The notes beneath the pieces are model-generated. The model worked only from the letters and a program-made list of their open reading frames with translations. It was not told where the DNA came from and did not search any database. The position numbers and the translations under genes were made by a program. A DNA stretch of 64,000 nucleotides from positions 6,630 through 70,629 of the forward strand of contig JAFZXP010000078.1 of assembly GCA_017616735.1 (NCBI GenBank), written 5' to 3'. Below, in pieces: positions 26,210 to 35,147 of the stretch. The stretch's first letter is position 1; each line of letters begins with the position of its first letter. The DNA comes from Bacteroidales bacterium. GTDB taxonomy: Bacteria; Bacteroidota; Bacteroidia; Bacteroidales; F082.

Positions 26210-26238
26210 CAGCCGAATTAACCATTTTAAAATATACA

Positions 26239-28176
26239 ATGAAAACGAACGCATCGAAGTTGCAAAACTTCGTGATTTGTGCGGCAATAGCGCTTGGGGC
26301 GCTATTGCCGACTTCATTAAACGCACAAATCGACTCTTTTTACCGTAATGACTTTGACGATACCAATAATCGTGATATAACAGTGCTTTATGGGCTTTAT
26401 AATGAGCCATTTGGTGAAAATACAATAATTCATATCGGCTTTGGATTGCAAGGTGGTTTGGTACCAGTCGGCAGTGGTCTGCTGATAATGCTGGTTGCCG
26501 GAGTGGGGTATTCCGTATTGCGTGGCAGACGCACAGTTAAAAATGCTGCCTTTTGTTTGATGGCTTGCACACTGACGCTCGCCTTTACGCAATGCAGGAA
26601 AAATCCTGAAACATTAATCAATAATGGTGAAACTGTACATATTACCTTAAATATGGGTGGTGGCCGACATATTATTGAGCCTGGATCAGGCTATGTGCCT
26701 GTGATTTATCAAGCGGGAGATGTTATTTATGTCAGTAATGGCGGACGTTATGCGGGTAAGCTGTCATGCATTGCCGACGATGAGCCATTCACGGGCGACA
26801 TCACCGTCAATGATCCTGCCGATGATCTGTATTTTTATTTCCTTGGTGGACTGATGACAGATGATCTTGCGACAGATACTCAGTCGTTGACTGTCGATAT
26901 CAGCAATCAGGGCGGCAAGCTTCCTGTGCTTTCGATGGGACACTCTGAATATATCGAGGGCGAGACGTCATATAATTGCTGGCTTTCCAACCAATGCGCT
27001 TTGGTGGAGTTTGATTTTGCCGAAGCTACAAATAAAAAAGTAAAGATAAGCAACATGCTTTGTGAAGCAAAGATCGATTTCACAAATCATAGTATAACTC
27101 CTACCGAAAAACTCGACGCCATCACCCTTTATGCGTCTGATGCAACAAAAAAATGGGGAATTCTGCTTTTAAGTGCTGTGGAAAGAAAATCGATGGGAAT
27201 GGTCTACAACAGAACTGAAAGCTATACATATACAGGCTCTGATGTCGATGTGGAAATATATGATTATTATAAAGGTGTTACAGTCCCTGAATTGTCAACG
27301 ACCAATAATTTTCTTTATGGCGCGGATGCTGTTGCGGTAAACAACACTGAAAGTAACAAAGATAATAAAGTGTTTGTCGTTAGTGCCAATGCCAACGCTG
27401 TGCATTTTGCTCCGGGCAACCTGAAGTGTACCAAAACAGGTGCCACGTGGGCTGATGGATATGAGTGGAGCTTTATGGAGCACCAATATGATATGGTTGA
27501 AACGAATGCCACATCTTATTGCACTGACAATTATGGCAATAAGGATGTCGTAAGTTTGTTCGGCTGGGGTTGTACAGGCATGCAAGATGTATGTTATAAT
27601 GGTAATCAAAATTATTACATGCCTTATAACACAATTTGGGGTAATGATACCTATGGCCCGACCGGTGACCATAATTTGTCGATAGCCAACCATTCTGATT
27701 GGGGCGCTGTCGTGCCTAATAATGAAGGATACAATTGGCGCTTGCTTACCAGAGAAGAATGGGACTATTTGCTCAAATGCCGTTTCGATGCATATGGTAA
27801 ACAAGCAGGAGCAGTGGTGGTAAAAAATGGAGTTTATGGTGTAAGAGGCGCGATATTTATTCCTGAGGGAATAAGTGGAGATGTGGTCGGCATGCAAGGA
27901 AATACTCCTGTCTGGTCTGATAATGTTTTTGAGACAGAACAAGAACTTGAGGCTTTCTTGGATGAAAATGGAGCCTTGTTCCTGCCGGCAGCCGGATATC
28001 GTGAAGCTAAAAAAGTGCGCTCAATAGACAGTGAGGGCAGATACTGGACATCTACACAAGCATATAGAAGCAATAATACAAACTATGCAACTTATGTGGG
28101 TGTAAAGTCAAGTAGTGGCTTCTCTTATAACGAATTTTGGAGAGCTGAAGGCTATTCAGTTCGCCTCGTTCGTTAG
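26239..28176 (+). CDS. Cell-surface protein: N-terminal anchored module, fimbrillin-like middle, C-terminal FISUMP/TIGR02145-like domain
   Basis: Signal peptide (...SLNAQ), P-V-G-S-G-LLI helix plus RGRR, then a second hydrophobic stretch ending LAFTQC. C-terminal motifs WRLLTREEWDYL, LFLPAAGYR, GRYWTS, GYSVRLV are typical of the Fibrobacter-paralogous domain. Confidence 0.65.
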   Translation: MKTNASKLQNFVICAAIALGALLPTSLNAQIDSFYRNDFDDTNNRDITVLYGLYNEPFGENTIIHIGFGLQGGLVPVGSGLLIMLVAGVGYSVLRGRRTVKNAAFCLMACTLTLAFTQCRKNPETLINNGETVHITLNMGGGRHIIEPGSGYVPVIYQAGDVIYVSNGGRYAGKLSCIADDEPFTGDITVNDPADDLYFYFLGGLMTDDLATDTQSLTVDISNQGGKLPVLSMGHSEYIEGETSYNCWLSNQCALVEFDFAEATNKKVKISNMLCEAKIDFTNHSITPTEKLDAITLYASDATKKWGILLLSAVERKSMGMVYNRTESYTYTGSDVDVEIYDYYKGVTVPELSTTNNFLYGADAVAVNNTESNKDNKVFVVSANANAVHFAPGNLKCTKTGATWADGYEWSFMEHQYDMVETNATSYCTDNYGNKDVVSLFGWGCTGMQDVCYNGNQNYYMPYNTIWGNDTYGPTGDHNLSIANHSDWGAVVPNNEGYNWRLLTREEWDYLLKCRFDAYGKQAGAVVVKNGVYGVRGAIFIPEGISGDVVGMQGNTPVWSDNVFETEQELEAFLDENGALFLPAAGYREAKKVRSIDSEGRYWTSTQAYRSNNTNYATYVGVKSSSGFSYNEFWRAEGYSVRLVR

Positions 28177-28183
28177 TCCACAA

Positions 28184-28211
28184 CTAAAGACTAACGACTA
28201 AAGACTAAAAT
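28184..28211. repeat. Heptamer array CTAAAGA/CTAACGA/CTAAAGA/CTAAAAT
   Basis: Between and overlapping the convergent stops of the 26239 gene (TAG 28174-28176) and nadE (28198-28200). Confidence 0.8.
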
Positions 28212-28944
28212 GCGGAATCGGTTCCAGCTTGAACAGATTCTTAGCGTGCTTGTCATCGATCTTGGCTTTGATGACGGGATCCTCGCAAACACCGGTGCGG
28301 ATGTATTTGTCCAATGTGGCGTAGGTGAAGCCGAGGTTGTCCTCGTCGCTCTTGCCGCAAAGTCCGTCCGACGGAGTCTTTTCAACCAATTCGATAGGCA
28401 ATCCCAGTTCTTTGCCTATGGCTTTCACTTCCTGCACTGTCAGACCGCCCAGAGGAGAGAAGTCGCCGGCTGCGTCACCGTAGCGTGTGCTGTAGCCCAC
28501 CCAGTCTTCCGAAAGGTTACAGGTGTTGGCCACGCGGCCGTTAACCGATTGCGACACCGCGTAGGCAGCGGTCATCCTCAGGCGTGGAGGCATGTTGATA
28601 ACTGTCTGGTTTGCAACGTCTTTGCCGAGAGTTCCGAGTTGCTCTTTTACCTCTTTCATCAAGGCGTTGTATGTTTCACCTATATTAACACAGCAATATT
28701 TAATTCCAAGGTGATTTATGAGTTTCATGCTGTCGGAGATGTCTTTCTGCACTCCGTTTGGCATTGTCACACCGTAAACGCGGTCTTTGCCGAGCGCCTC
28801 TACGCACAACCCTGCCACTATCGAGCTGTCCTTGCCGCCCGAAACCGCGACTACAGCGTTGCAACCTTTGCCGTTCTGTTCAAACCAGTCTCTAATCCAT
28901 TGAACCACACGGTCTTTTACTTCCTTTGCATTAAAATTTTCCAT
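28198..28944 (-). CDS. nadE: Ammonia-dependent NAD+ synthetase
   Basis: PP-loop motif VAVSGGKDSS. 248 aa. The C-terminal codons FSL-stop are encoded by a heptamer array. Confidence 0.85.
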   Translation of the reverse strand: MENFNAKEVKDRVVQWIRDWFEQNGKGCNAVVAVSGGKDSSIVAGLCVEALGKDRVYGVTMPNGVQKDISDSMKLINHLGIKYCCVNIGETYNALMKEVKEQLGTLGKDVANQTVINMPPRLRMTAAYAVSQSVNGRVANTCNLSEDWVGYSTRYGDAAGDFSPLGGLTVQEVKAIGKELGLPIELVEKTPSDGLCGKSDEDNLGFTYATLDKYIRTGVCEDPVIKAKIDDKHAKNLFKLEPIPHFSL

Positions 28945-28959
28945 AACTTATAAATCTTT

Positions 28960-28979
28960 AGACGGTCGACCGACCGTCT
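28960..28979 (-). terminator. Hairpin downstream of yggS and upstream of nadE
   Basis: AGACGGTCG-AC-CGACCGTCT (9-bp arms) followed by CTAC. Sits after the heptamer array that follows the yggS stop. Confidence 0.45.
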
Positions 28980-29000
28980 CTACTTTAAACTTAAAAACTA

Positions 29001-29042
29001 CTCTCAACTCTAAACTCTAAACTCTCAACTCTAAACTTTATA
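29001..29042. repeat. Heptamer array CTCTCAA/CTCTAAA x5 plus CTTTATA
   Basis: Read directly. The yggS stop (29031-29033) lies inside unit 5. In minus sense the units read TTTAGAG/TTGAGAG. Confidence 0.85.
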
Positions 29043-29702
29043 AACTCTTTCTCCAAAAATTTTACTTCCAACCCTCACCATCGTCGAACCTTCTTCAATG
29101 GCAATCGGGTAGTCGTGCGACATTCCCATCGAAATCTCCTTAAACCATTCGCAGCCTGCGAAATGCTTGGCTTTCAAAGTCTCGAAAATCTCTTTCAGAT
29201 GCTTGAATTCCTTGCGTACCTGCGCCATATTGTCGGTGTTGGTGGCCATTCCCATCACACCGCAAATACGCACGTTGTTCATCGCCTTGAAAATGTCCGA
29301 ATTCAAAATTTCCTCGGCTTCATCCATGCTGAGGCCGAATTTGGTCTCTTCCTCGGCTATGTGGAACTGCAGCAGACAGTCGACAACCCGGTGGTGCTTG
29401 GCCGCTTCTTTGTTGACGGCTTGCAGCAGATTGAAGGTGTCGATTGAATGAATCATCCTTGTAAAGCCAATGATGTATTTGATTTTGTTAGTCTGCAGAT
29501 GACCGATAAAATGCCAGTCGATGTCCTTGGGCAAAACTTCGTGTTTGTCGCGCATTTCAAGGGCATGGTTCTCGCCGAATACGCGCTGGCCGGCCTCATA
29601 AGCTTCTTGAATGTCCTCTACGGGCTTAGTTTTTGAAACAGCTACCAGCGTCACTCCTGACGGAACGGTAGCTCTGATTTTTTCCAAATTTTCCTTAACC
29701 AT
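29031..29702 (-). CDS. yggS: YggS family pyridoxal-phosphate homeostasis protein
   Basis: VTLVAVSKTKP (PLP lysine), WHFIGHLQTNK, SMGMSHDY. Start moved to ATG 29702 (MVKENLEKI), because the 56-aa upstream extension overlaps the divergent promoter and the neighbouring ORF. Confidence 0.85.
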   Translation of the reverse strand: MVKENLEKIRATVPSGVTLVAVSKTKPVEDIQEAYEAGQRVFGENHALEMRDKHEVLPKDIDWHFIGHLQTNKIKYIIGFTRMIHSIDTFNLLQAVNKEAAKHHRVVDCLLQFHIAEEETKFGLSMDEAEEILNSDIFKAMNNVRICGVMGMATNTDNMAQVRKEFKHLKEIFETLKAKHFAGCEWFKEISMGMSHDYPIAIEEGSTMVRVGSKIFGERVYKV

Positions 29703-29722
29703 GATGAAAAAATTTAGTTGTG

Positions 29723-29730
29723 CAAAAATA
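29723..29730 (-). promoter_or_regulatory. Candidate -7 box TATTTTTG for yggS
   Basis: 20 nt upstream of ATG 29702 (minus sense). Confidence 0.45.
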
Positions 29731-29773
29731 ATCATTTTTATAACAAAAAAACTAATGTCTAATAGCTTTTTAT

Positions 29774-29781
29774 TATTTTTG
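29774..29781 (+). promoter_or_regulatory. Candidate -7 box TATTTTTG for the LtaS-like gene
   Basis: 15 nt upstream of ATG 29797. Confidence 0.45.
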
Positions 29782-29796
29782 CAAAAATTTACTCTT

Positions 29797-31644
29797 ATGA
29801 AAAGGTATTTTATATATCTCTTGAAAATGTTGGCGTTTCTGCTTGTGATGTTCGCCATAATGAGAATCATATTCTTGGCTAATTATTGGCCTTTGGTGAA
29901 AGCCGACATGGTGCCGTTTGTCGATATTGTCAGAAGTGCCTACAAGGCTTTGCCATTGGATATCGCATCGGCATGCTACATAATGCCGCTGCCGGCCCTT
30001 GTGATGTTTATTCTGATGTGTTTCAACAAAAACACAAGCTATCGTTGGGTTAGATGGTATTTCTACGTTATGATAGCCATTTACGTGCTGATAGTGATGG
30101 GAGAGATCGGAATCTATGGCGAATGGGGGACTAAGCTGAATTACAAGGCATTGGTCTATCTGGAGAATCCTTCCGAAGTGGTCAATACAGCCTCAACCCA
30201 GCAAACCACTCTGCTGATTTCGCTTTGGGCATGCTTCACTTTGCTGTTTTGCTGGTGGTATGTCCGTTGGATTGAGCCGACCACTGAAGTGGTAGTAACT
30301 CAGCAGATTCATTGGGCTTTTTATCCGGCAGCTTTTGTGATTGTGTTTGGCCTGATGTTTGTCGGAATGCGCGGCGGCTTGGGCGAGATACCAATTTCCA
30401 CCAGTTCGGGATATTTCAGCAATTACAAGATTGTCAACATAATGACAGTGAATCCCGGCTACAACATCATGGAAAACATATCCAATTCAAAGAATATCGA
30501 TCCTAAGGCGCATTTCAATTTCATGGACGATTCCACAGCCGAGGCCATTACAATTGAAACACATCAGGTGGAATGTGATTCCACGGTTAGGATTATCAAA
30601 ACTGAAAAACCCAACATCCTGATAATCCTTCTCGAAAGCTGGTCGGCCGACCTGATCGAGTCGTTGGGCGGCGATTCCACGATAACGCCTAATTTCCACG
30701 AACTTGAGAAAGACGGACTGCTGTTTACCAATTTTTATGCGTCGGCCAATCGTTCACAGCAGGCAATCGCTTCGATTTACGGCGGTTTGCCAGGTTTGCC
30801 GGTGACCACCATCACCAACCATCCCGAGAAGTATTACGCCATCCCTTCGATAGTGAAGCCTCTTGACGCTTCGGGATATTACACTAGTTTTTATTTCGGC
30901 GGAGAACTGAATTACGGCAATATCATGTCGTATCTGCGCTACAACGAGCTCGACCGTATCGTGGAAGGCAAGGATGTAAAAGCCAATTTCCACAAGGGCA
31001 AGTTGGGTATTCATGATGCCGACATGCTGCCTTGGGCTGCCAAAGACCTGAACAGTCAGCCTGAGCCGTTCTTTACCACCATTTTCACGCTGAGCACGCA
31101 TTCGCCTTACGATTTCCCGAAGATATTCGATCAGCTGGAGTGGCCCGAGTTGGAAAAACAGTTCGTGAATTCAGGGAAATACACCGACATAGCTCTGAAA
31201 CTGTTTATGGACAGGGCAAAACAGCAGCCGTGGTACGACAACACGCTGTTTCTGTTTATGGCCGACCATAGTCATCCGTCGTATAAGAATTATCCTTTGG
31301 AATCGTTTGAATATCACAAGATTCCGCTGCTGATATACGGCGAACCACTTGTCGATACGCTTCGCGGCTGTACTTTCGACAAGATTTGCGGCAACACCGA
31401 TGTGCCGGCTACCATTCTGGCGCAGCTCGGCCTCAGCCACGAAGAATTTTTCTGGAGCAAAGATGTGTTTAACACATGTTACCGCCCATTCGCGTTCTTC
31501 GAGTTGAACGAAGGCCTAGGCTGGAAAACCGACGAGGGCGAATATATATTGACTGGCAACGGGCGTGCCGACAGCCTCGGACAGCTTGAGCGTCAGGGCA
31601 AAGCCTATATGCAATATCATTTCGATTTGTTTAACAGATATTAA
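29797..31644 (+). CDS. LTA synthase / phosphoglycerol transferase family protein (membrane-anchored sulfatase fold)
   Basis: 5 N-terminal helices, then an alkaline-phosphatase-superfamily domain (ILLESWSADL, ANRSQQAIASIYGG, LFMADHSH). Start moved to ATG 29797, 16 nt after a TATTTTTG box. Confidence 0.8.
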   Translation: MKRYFIYLLKMLAFLLVMFAIMRIIFLANYWPLVKADMVPFVDIVRSAYKALPLDIASACYIMPLPALVMFILMCFNKNTSYRWVRWYFYVMIAIYVLIVMGEIGIYGEWGTKLNYKALVYLENPSEVVNTASTQQTTLLISLWACFTLLFCWWYVRWIEPTTEVVVTQQIHWAFYPAAFVIVFGLMFVGMRGGLGEIPISTSSGYFSNYKIVNIMTVNPGYNIMENISNSKNIDPKAHFNFMDDSTAEAITIETHQVECDSTVRIIKTEKPNILIILLESWSADLIESLGGDSTITPNFHELEKDGLLFTNFYASANRSQQAIASIYGGLPGLPVTTITNHPEKYYAIPSIVKPLDASGYYTSFYFGGELNYGNIMSYLRYNELDRIVEGKDVKANFHKGKLGIHDADMLPWAAKDLNSQPEPFFTTIFTLSTHSPYDFPKIFDQLEWPELEKQFVNSGKYTDIALKLFMDRAKQQPWYDNTLFLFMADHSHPSYKNYPLESFEYHKIPLLIYGEPLVDTLRGCTFDKICGNTDVPATILAQLGLSHEEFFWSKDVFNTCYRPFAFFELNEGLGWKTDEGEYILTGNGRADSLGQLERQGKAYMQYHFDLFNRY

Positions 31645-31654
31645 AAAATATTTG

Positions 31655-31662
31655 TATTTTTG
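31655..31662 (+). promoter_or_regulatory. Candidate -7 box TATTTTTG for ffh
   Basis: 29 nt upstream of ATG 31692. Confidence 0.45.
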
Positions 31663-31691
31663 CAGTTTGTAATAATTAGAAAAAGTAAGGT

Positions 31692-33026
31692 ATGTTTGAA
31701 GGATTAACCGAGAAACTGGAACGTTCTTTTAAGGTTCTGAAAGGACAGGGATATATCACTGAAATCAATGTGGCTGAGACAGTTAAGGAGGTGCGTAAAG
31801 CCCTTCTCGATGCCGATGTCAGCTATAAAATCGCCAAGGATGTAACCAACGACATCAAGGAAAAAGCCATCGGTCAGAAGATTTTGACAGCTGTTTCGCC
31901 AAGCCAGTTGATGGTGAAGATTGTGCACGACGAACTGGCCGAACTGATGGGTGGCGAACATACCGAGATTAACATCAAAGGTAATCCGGCTGTAGTGCTT
32001 ATCGCGGGTTTGCAGGGTTCCGGTAAAACCACATTCTCGGCCAAGCTGGCCAATTATCTCAAGACAAAGAAGAGCAAGAGCGTGTTGCTGGTGGCTGGCG
32101 ACGTCTATCGTCCGGCTGCTATCGACCAGTTGAAGGTGCTCGGCGAGCAGGTAGGCGTTGAAGTTTATTCTGAAGAAGGCAATAAAAACCCGGTTCAGAT
32201 TGCCCAGCGCGCCATCGAGCATGCCAAGGCTCAGAACAAGAACGTGGTCATCATCGATACCGCCGGCCGTCTGGCTGTCGACGAGGAGATGATGAACGAG
32301 ATAGCGAAGATCAAAGAGACAGTGAAGCCGCAGGAAACCTTGTTCGTGGTCGATGCCATGACAGGTCAGGACGCTGTGAACACAGCCAAAGCCTTCAACG
32401 ACCGTCTCGACTTCGACGGCGTGGTGCTCACCAAACTTGATGGTGACACACGTGGCGGTGCAGCTCTTACAATCCGCACAGTCGTTGAGAAACCTATCAA
32501 GTTCGTGGGTCTGGGCGAAAAGATGGACGCCCTCGACATCTTCTACCCGAAACGTATGGCCGACCGTATCCTGGGCATGGGCGATATAGTCTCACTCGTT
32601 GAAAAAGCACAGGAACAGTTTGATGCCGACGAAGCTGCCAAGTTGAAGAAAAAACTCGCCAAGAACGAGTTCAATTATAACGACTTCCTCAAGCAGATTC
32701 AGCAAATCAAGAAGATGGGAAGCATCAAAGACCTCGCTGGCATGATTCCGGGAATGAATAAAATCAAAGATGAAGATATCGATGAGGACGCATTCAAGAG
32801 CATTGAGGCAATAATCGGTTCGATGACACCTGCTGAACGCGAGGACCCGAAAATCATGAACGGAAGCCGCAAGCGCAGAATCGCAAAAGGCTCGGGCAAC
32901 AGCATCGAAGAGGTGAACCGTCTTATCAAGCAGTTCGAAGAAACCTCAAAGATGATGCGCATGGTCTCGACCGGTGGCGCCAAGAAGATGATGCAGATGA
33001 TGCAGCAAGCTAAACGCAGACGCTAG
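31692..33026 (+). CDS. ffh: Signal recognition particle protein Ffh
   Basis: GTPase motifs GLQGSGKTT, DTAGR, TKLDGD. Methionine-rich M domain and tail KKMMQMMQQAKRRR. Confidence 0.95.
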   Translation: MFEGLTEKLERSFKVLKGQGYITEINVAETVKEVRKALLDADVSYKIAKDVTNDIKEKAIGQKILTAVSPSQLMVKIVHDELAELMGGEHTEINIKGNPAVVLIAGLQGSGKTTFSAKLANYLKTKKSKSVLLVAGDVYRPAAIDQLKVLGEQVGVEVYSEEGNKNPVQIAQRAIEHAKAQNKNVVIIDTAGRLAVDEEMMNEIAKIKETVKPQETLFVVDAMTGQDAVNTAKAFNDRLDFDGVVLTKLDGDTRGGAALTIRTVVEKPIKFVGLGEKMDALDIFYPKRMADRILGMGDIVSLVEKAQEQFDADEAAKLKKKLAKNEFNYNDFLKQIQQIKKMGSIKDLAGMIPGMNKIKDEDIDEDAFKSIEAIIGSMTPAEREDPKIMNGSRKRRIAKGSGNSIEEVNRLIKQFEETSKMMRMVSTGGAKKMMQMMQQAKRRR

Positions 33027-33061
33027 TTTAGAGTTGATAGTTGATAGTTAAAAGTTAAAAG
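33025..33061 (+). repeat. Heptamer array AGTTTAG AGTTGAT AGTTGAT AGTTAAA AGTTAAA AG
   Basis: Starts inside the ffh stop codon and ends at the base before the folD ATG. Confidence 0.85.
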
Positions 33062-33940
33062 ATGAATATAGAAGATAAAATCATCGACGGTAAAGCCATC
33101 GCCGATGCAATGAAAAAAGAAATCGCGGCTGAAGTGGCCGGAATGTTGGACAAGGGCATGGACGCTCCGCATCTCGCGGCTGTGATAGTGGGCGAGGACG
33201 GTGCCTCCAAGACTTACGTCGCGTCAAAAGAAAAGGCCTGCCAGAGCGTGGGAATGACAAGCTCAGTTTATCGCCTCCCGGAGAACACCTCCGAGGACGA
33301 GTTGCTGAAACTTATCGATTTTCTTAACAAAGACGAGGAAATCGACGGTTACATCATCCAGCTGCCATTGCCAAAGCATATCAACGAGACCAAGGTTATC
33401 CACTCAATCAACCCGAAGAAGGATGTCGATGGTTTCACACCTCACAACATCGGTTTGATGCAGCTTGGCGAGCCTTGCTTCCTGCCTGCGACACCAGCCG
33501 GTATAGTCGAGCTTTTGAAACGCAGCGGTATCGAGACAGCTGGCAAGCATGTGGTGGTTTTAGGCCGTTCCAACATAGTGGGAACCCCAATCAGTGTGAT
33601 GCTTTCACGCAAGGGTGCCGATGCCACTGTGACCATCTGCCACAGTAAGACACAAAACCTTCCTGAGATAACACGTCAGGCCGATATTTTGGTTGTCGCT
33701 ATCGGCAAACCGTTGTTCCTCAAGGCTGATATGGTGAAACCGGGCGCTGTCGTTATCGACGTCGGTATCCACCGCATTGAAGACAATACTACTGAAAAAG
33801 GCTACCGCATTGAAGGCGATGTCGATTTCGATGAGGTGGCAAAGGTGGCATCGAAAATCACCCCGGTGCCTGGTGGCGTTGGACCTATGACAATCGTAGA
33901 GCTGCTTTACAACACTTTGCAAGCTAAAAAAAGAAGATAA
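33062..33940 (+). CDS. folD: Bifunctional methylenetetrahydrofolate dehydrogenase/cyclohydrolase
   Basis: DGYIIQLPLP, VVVLGRSNIVGTP, TPVPGGVGPMT. 292 aa. Confidence 0.95.
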   Translation: MNIEDKIIDGKAIADAMKKEIAAEVAGMLDKGMDAPHLAAVIVGEDGASKTYVASKEKACQSVGMTSSVYRLPENTSEDELLKLIDFLNKDEEIDGYIIQLPLPKHINETKVIHSINPKKDVDGFTPHNIGLMQLGEPCFLPATPAGIVELLKRSGIETAGKHVVVLGRSNIVGTPISVMLSRKGADATVTICHSKTQNLPEITRQADILVVAIGKPLFLKADMVKPGAVVIDVGIHRIEDNTTEKGYRIEGDVDFDEVAKVASKITPVPGGVGPMTIVELLYNTLQAKKRR

Positions 33941-33946
33941 AACGAT

Positions 33947-35146
33947 TTGAATAAACTCGTTTATAGATTGATAATCAATATATTGGTGCTAGTGCTCACT
34001 GCATTGGCACCAATTATTGTTTGTGCCCAGAACCTCGGTCCTAACGTGAACACCGAGGGTGATGAGTACATCAATCAAGTGTTTACAGACAGCATAGTCT
34101 TCACCCGTCGTAGCGGCAATGAGTTTGTTTTTGTTTCAAAGATTATTGATGGGCAATACATGCTTGCTGAGCCTCTCAATCTTGGCTGGCACAACGAATA
34201 TTGGATTGGTGCCATGCGCTTCTCATCCGACATGAAAACCTTGTATTTCGTCGGTATCGATTATCCCGGAGGCTATGGAAGAGGCGATATTTATAAATCT
34301 GAATACGTTGATAATCAATGGAGTGAGCCGATAAATATTGGCCAACCCATCAACTCGGCCACTATGGAATCTCAGCCTTGCATCAGTGCTGACGACAAGG
34401 AAATGTATTTTGTGCGCGACACCCGAAACAACAAGAGCAATATTTATTATAGCCGCTTTTCCGATAGGCGGTTGGGTAGCCCTAAGCCAGTCACAAGCAT
34501 CAATACCCGCTTTGGCGAGATGGCGCCATTCATCCATCCCGACGGCAGAACATTGTTTTTCGCGTCGGAAGGTCATAACGGCATGGGTGGCTACGATATT
34601 TTTGTGTGTCGCAAGCTGCTCAATGGCACATGGAGCCAGCCCGTAAACCTTGGCGCACCTGTCAATTCCGACAAAAACGAAATCAGTTTTGTGGTCAGTT
34701 CAGATAGCAAGAAATGCTATGTCTCATCCGACCGTGACGGCGGTTTCGGTGGTTACGATATCTATGTCTTTGATTATGAAGATATAAATGTTCCAGAAAT
34801 CGTCGATACCACTCATTTCGTGATGCGCAACATCAACTTCGAGTTCGACAGCGCAGTGCTGCAGGAATCGTCGTTCGCGGCAATCGACTCGCTCGCCATT
34901 TTCCTAAAAGAAAACCCTTTAATAACTATCGAAATCTCAGGTTTCACTGATAATTCCGGCACTGAAGAACATAACCAAAAACTGTCACAAGACCGTGCCA
35001 ATTCGATTAAAGAGGCATTAATTAATAAAGGTATTTTTGAAGATAGATTAAGAGTTATTGGTTGTGGCTCAAACAATCCAATCAAACCCAACGATTCGGA
35101 AGAACACAAGGCGCAGAATCGCCGCGTTGAAATAACTCTACACTAA
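33947..35146 (+). CDS. OmpA family protein with TolB-like (PD40) beta-propeller repeats
   Basis: TTG start and signal peptide. PD40-like repeats (ESQPCISADDKEMYFV, EMAPFIHPDGRTLFFASE). C-terminal OmpA_C domain (ISGFTDNSGTEEHNQKLSQDRANSI...NRRVEITL). Confidence 0.8.
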   Translation: MNKLVYRLIINILVLVLTALAPIIVCAQNLGPNVNTEGDEYINQVFTDSIVFTRRSGNEFVFVSKIIDGQYMLAEPLNLGWHNEYWIGAMRFSSDMKTLYFVGIDYPGGYGRGDIYKSEYVDNQWSEPINIGQPINSATMESQPCISADDKEMYFVRDTRNNKSNIYYSRFSDRRLGSPKPVTSINTRFGEMAPFIHPDGRTLFFASEGHNGMGGYDIFVCRKLLNGTWSQPVNLGAPVNSDKNEISFVVSSDSKKCYVSSDRDGGFGGYDIYVFDYEDINVPEIVDTTHFVMRNINFEFDSAVLQESSFAAIDSLAIFLKENPLITIEISGFTDNSGTEEHNQKLSQDRANSIKEALINKGIFEDRLRVIGCGSNNPIKPNDSEEHKAQNRRVEITLH

Positions 35147-35147
35147 A

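Noticed and set aside
27295-27942. 215-aa minus-strand ORF inside the 26239..28176 gene
   Set aside because: It is antisense to the region encoding the recognisable FISUMP-like motifs. The product is Ile/His/Arg-rich with no motif.
28210-28953. 247-aa plus-strand ORF covering almost the whole nadE locus
   Set aside because: It mirrors nadE on the opposite strand. The minus-strand product has the PP-loop SGGKDS motif and a coherent fold. The plus-strand product is low-complexity (Val/Ala/His/Phe-rich) with no motif. Long antisense ORFs are expected opposite genes with this codon bias.
29611-29870. N-terminal extensions of the LtaS-like ORF (from 29611) and the YggS ORF (to 29870), which overlap each other on opposite strands
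   Set aside because: Both extensions cover the A/T-rich divergent promoter region that contains two TATTTTTG boxes. The family-typical N-termini begin at ATG 29797 (MKRYFIYLL, first helix) and ATG 29702 (MVKENLEKI).
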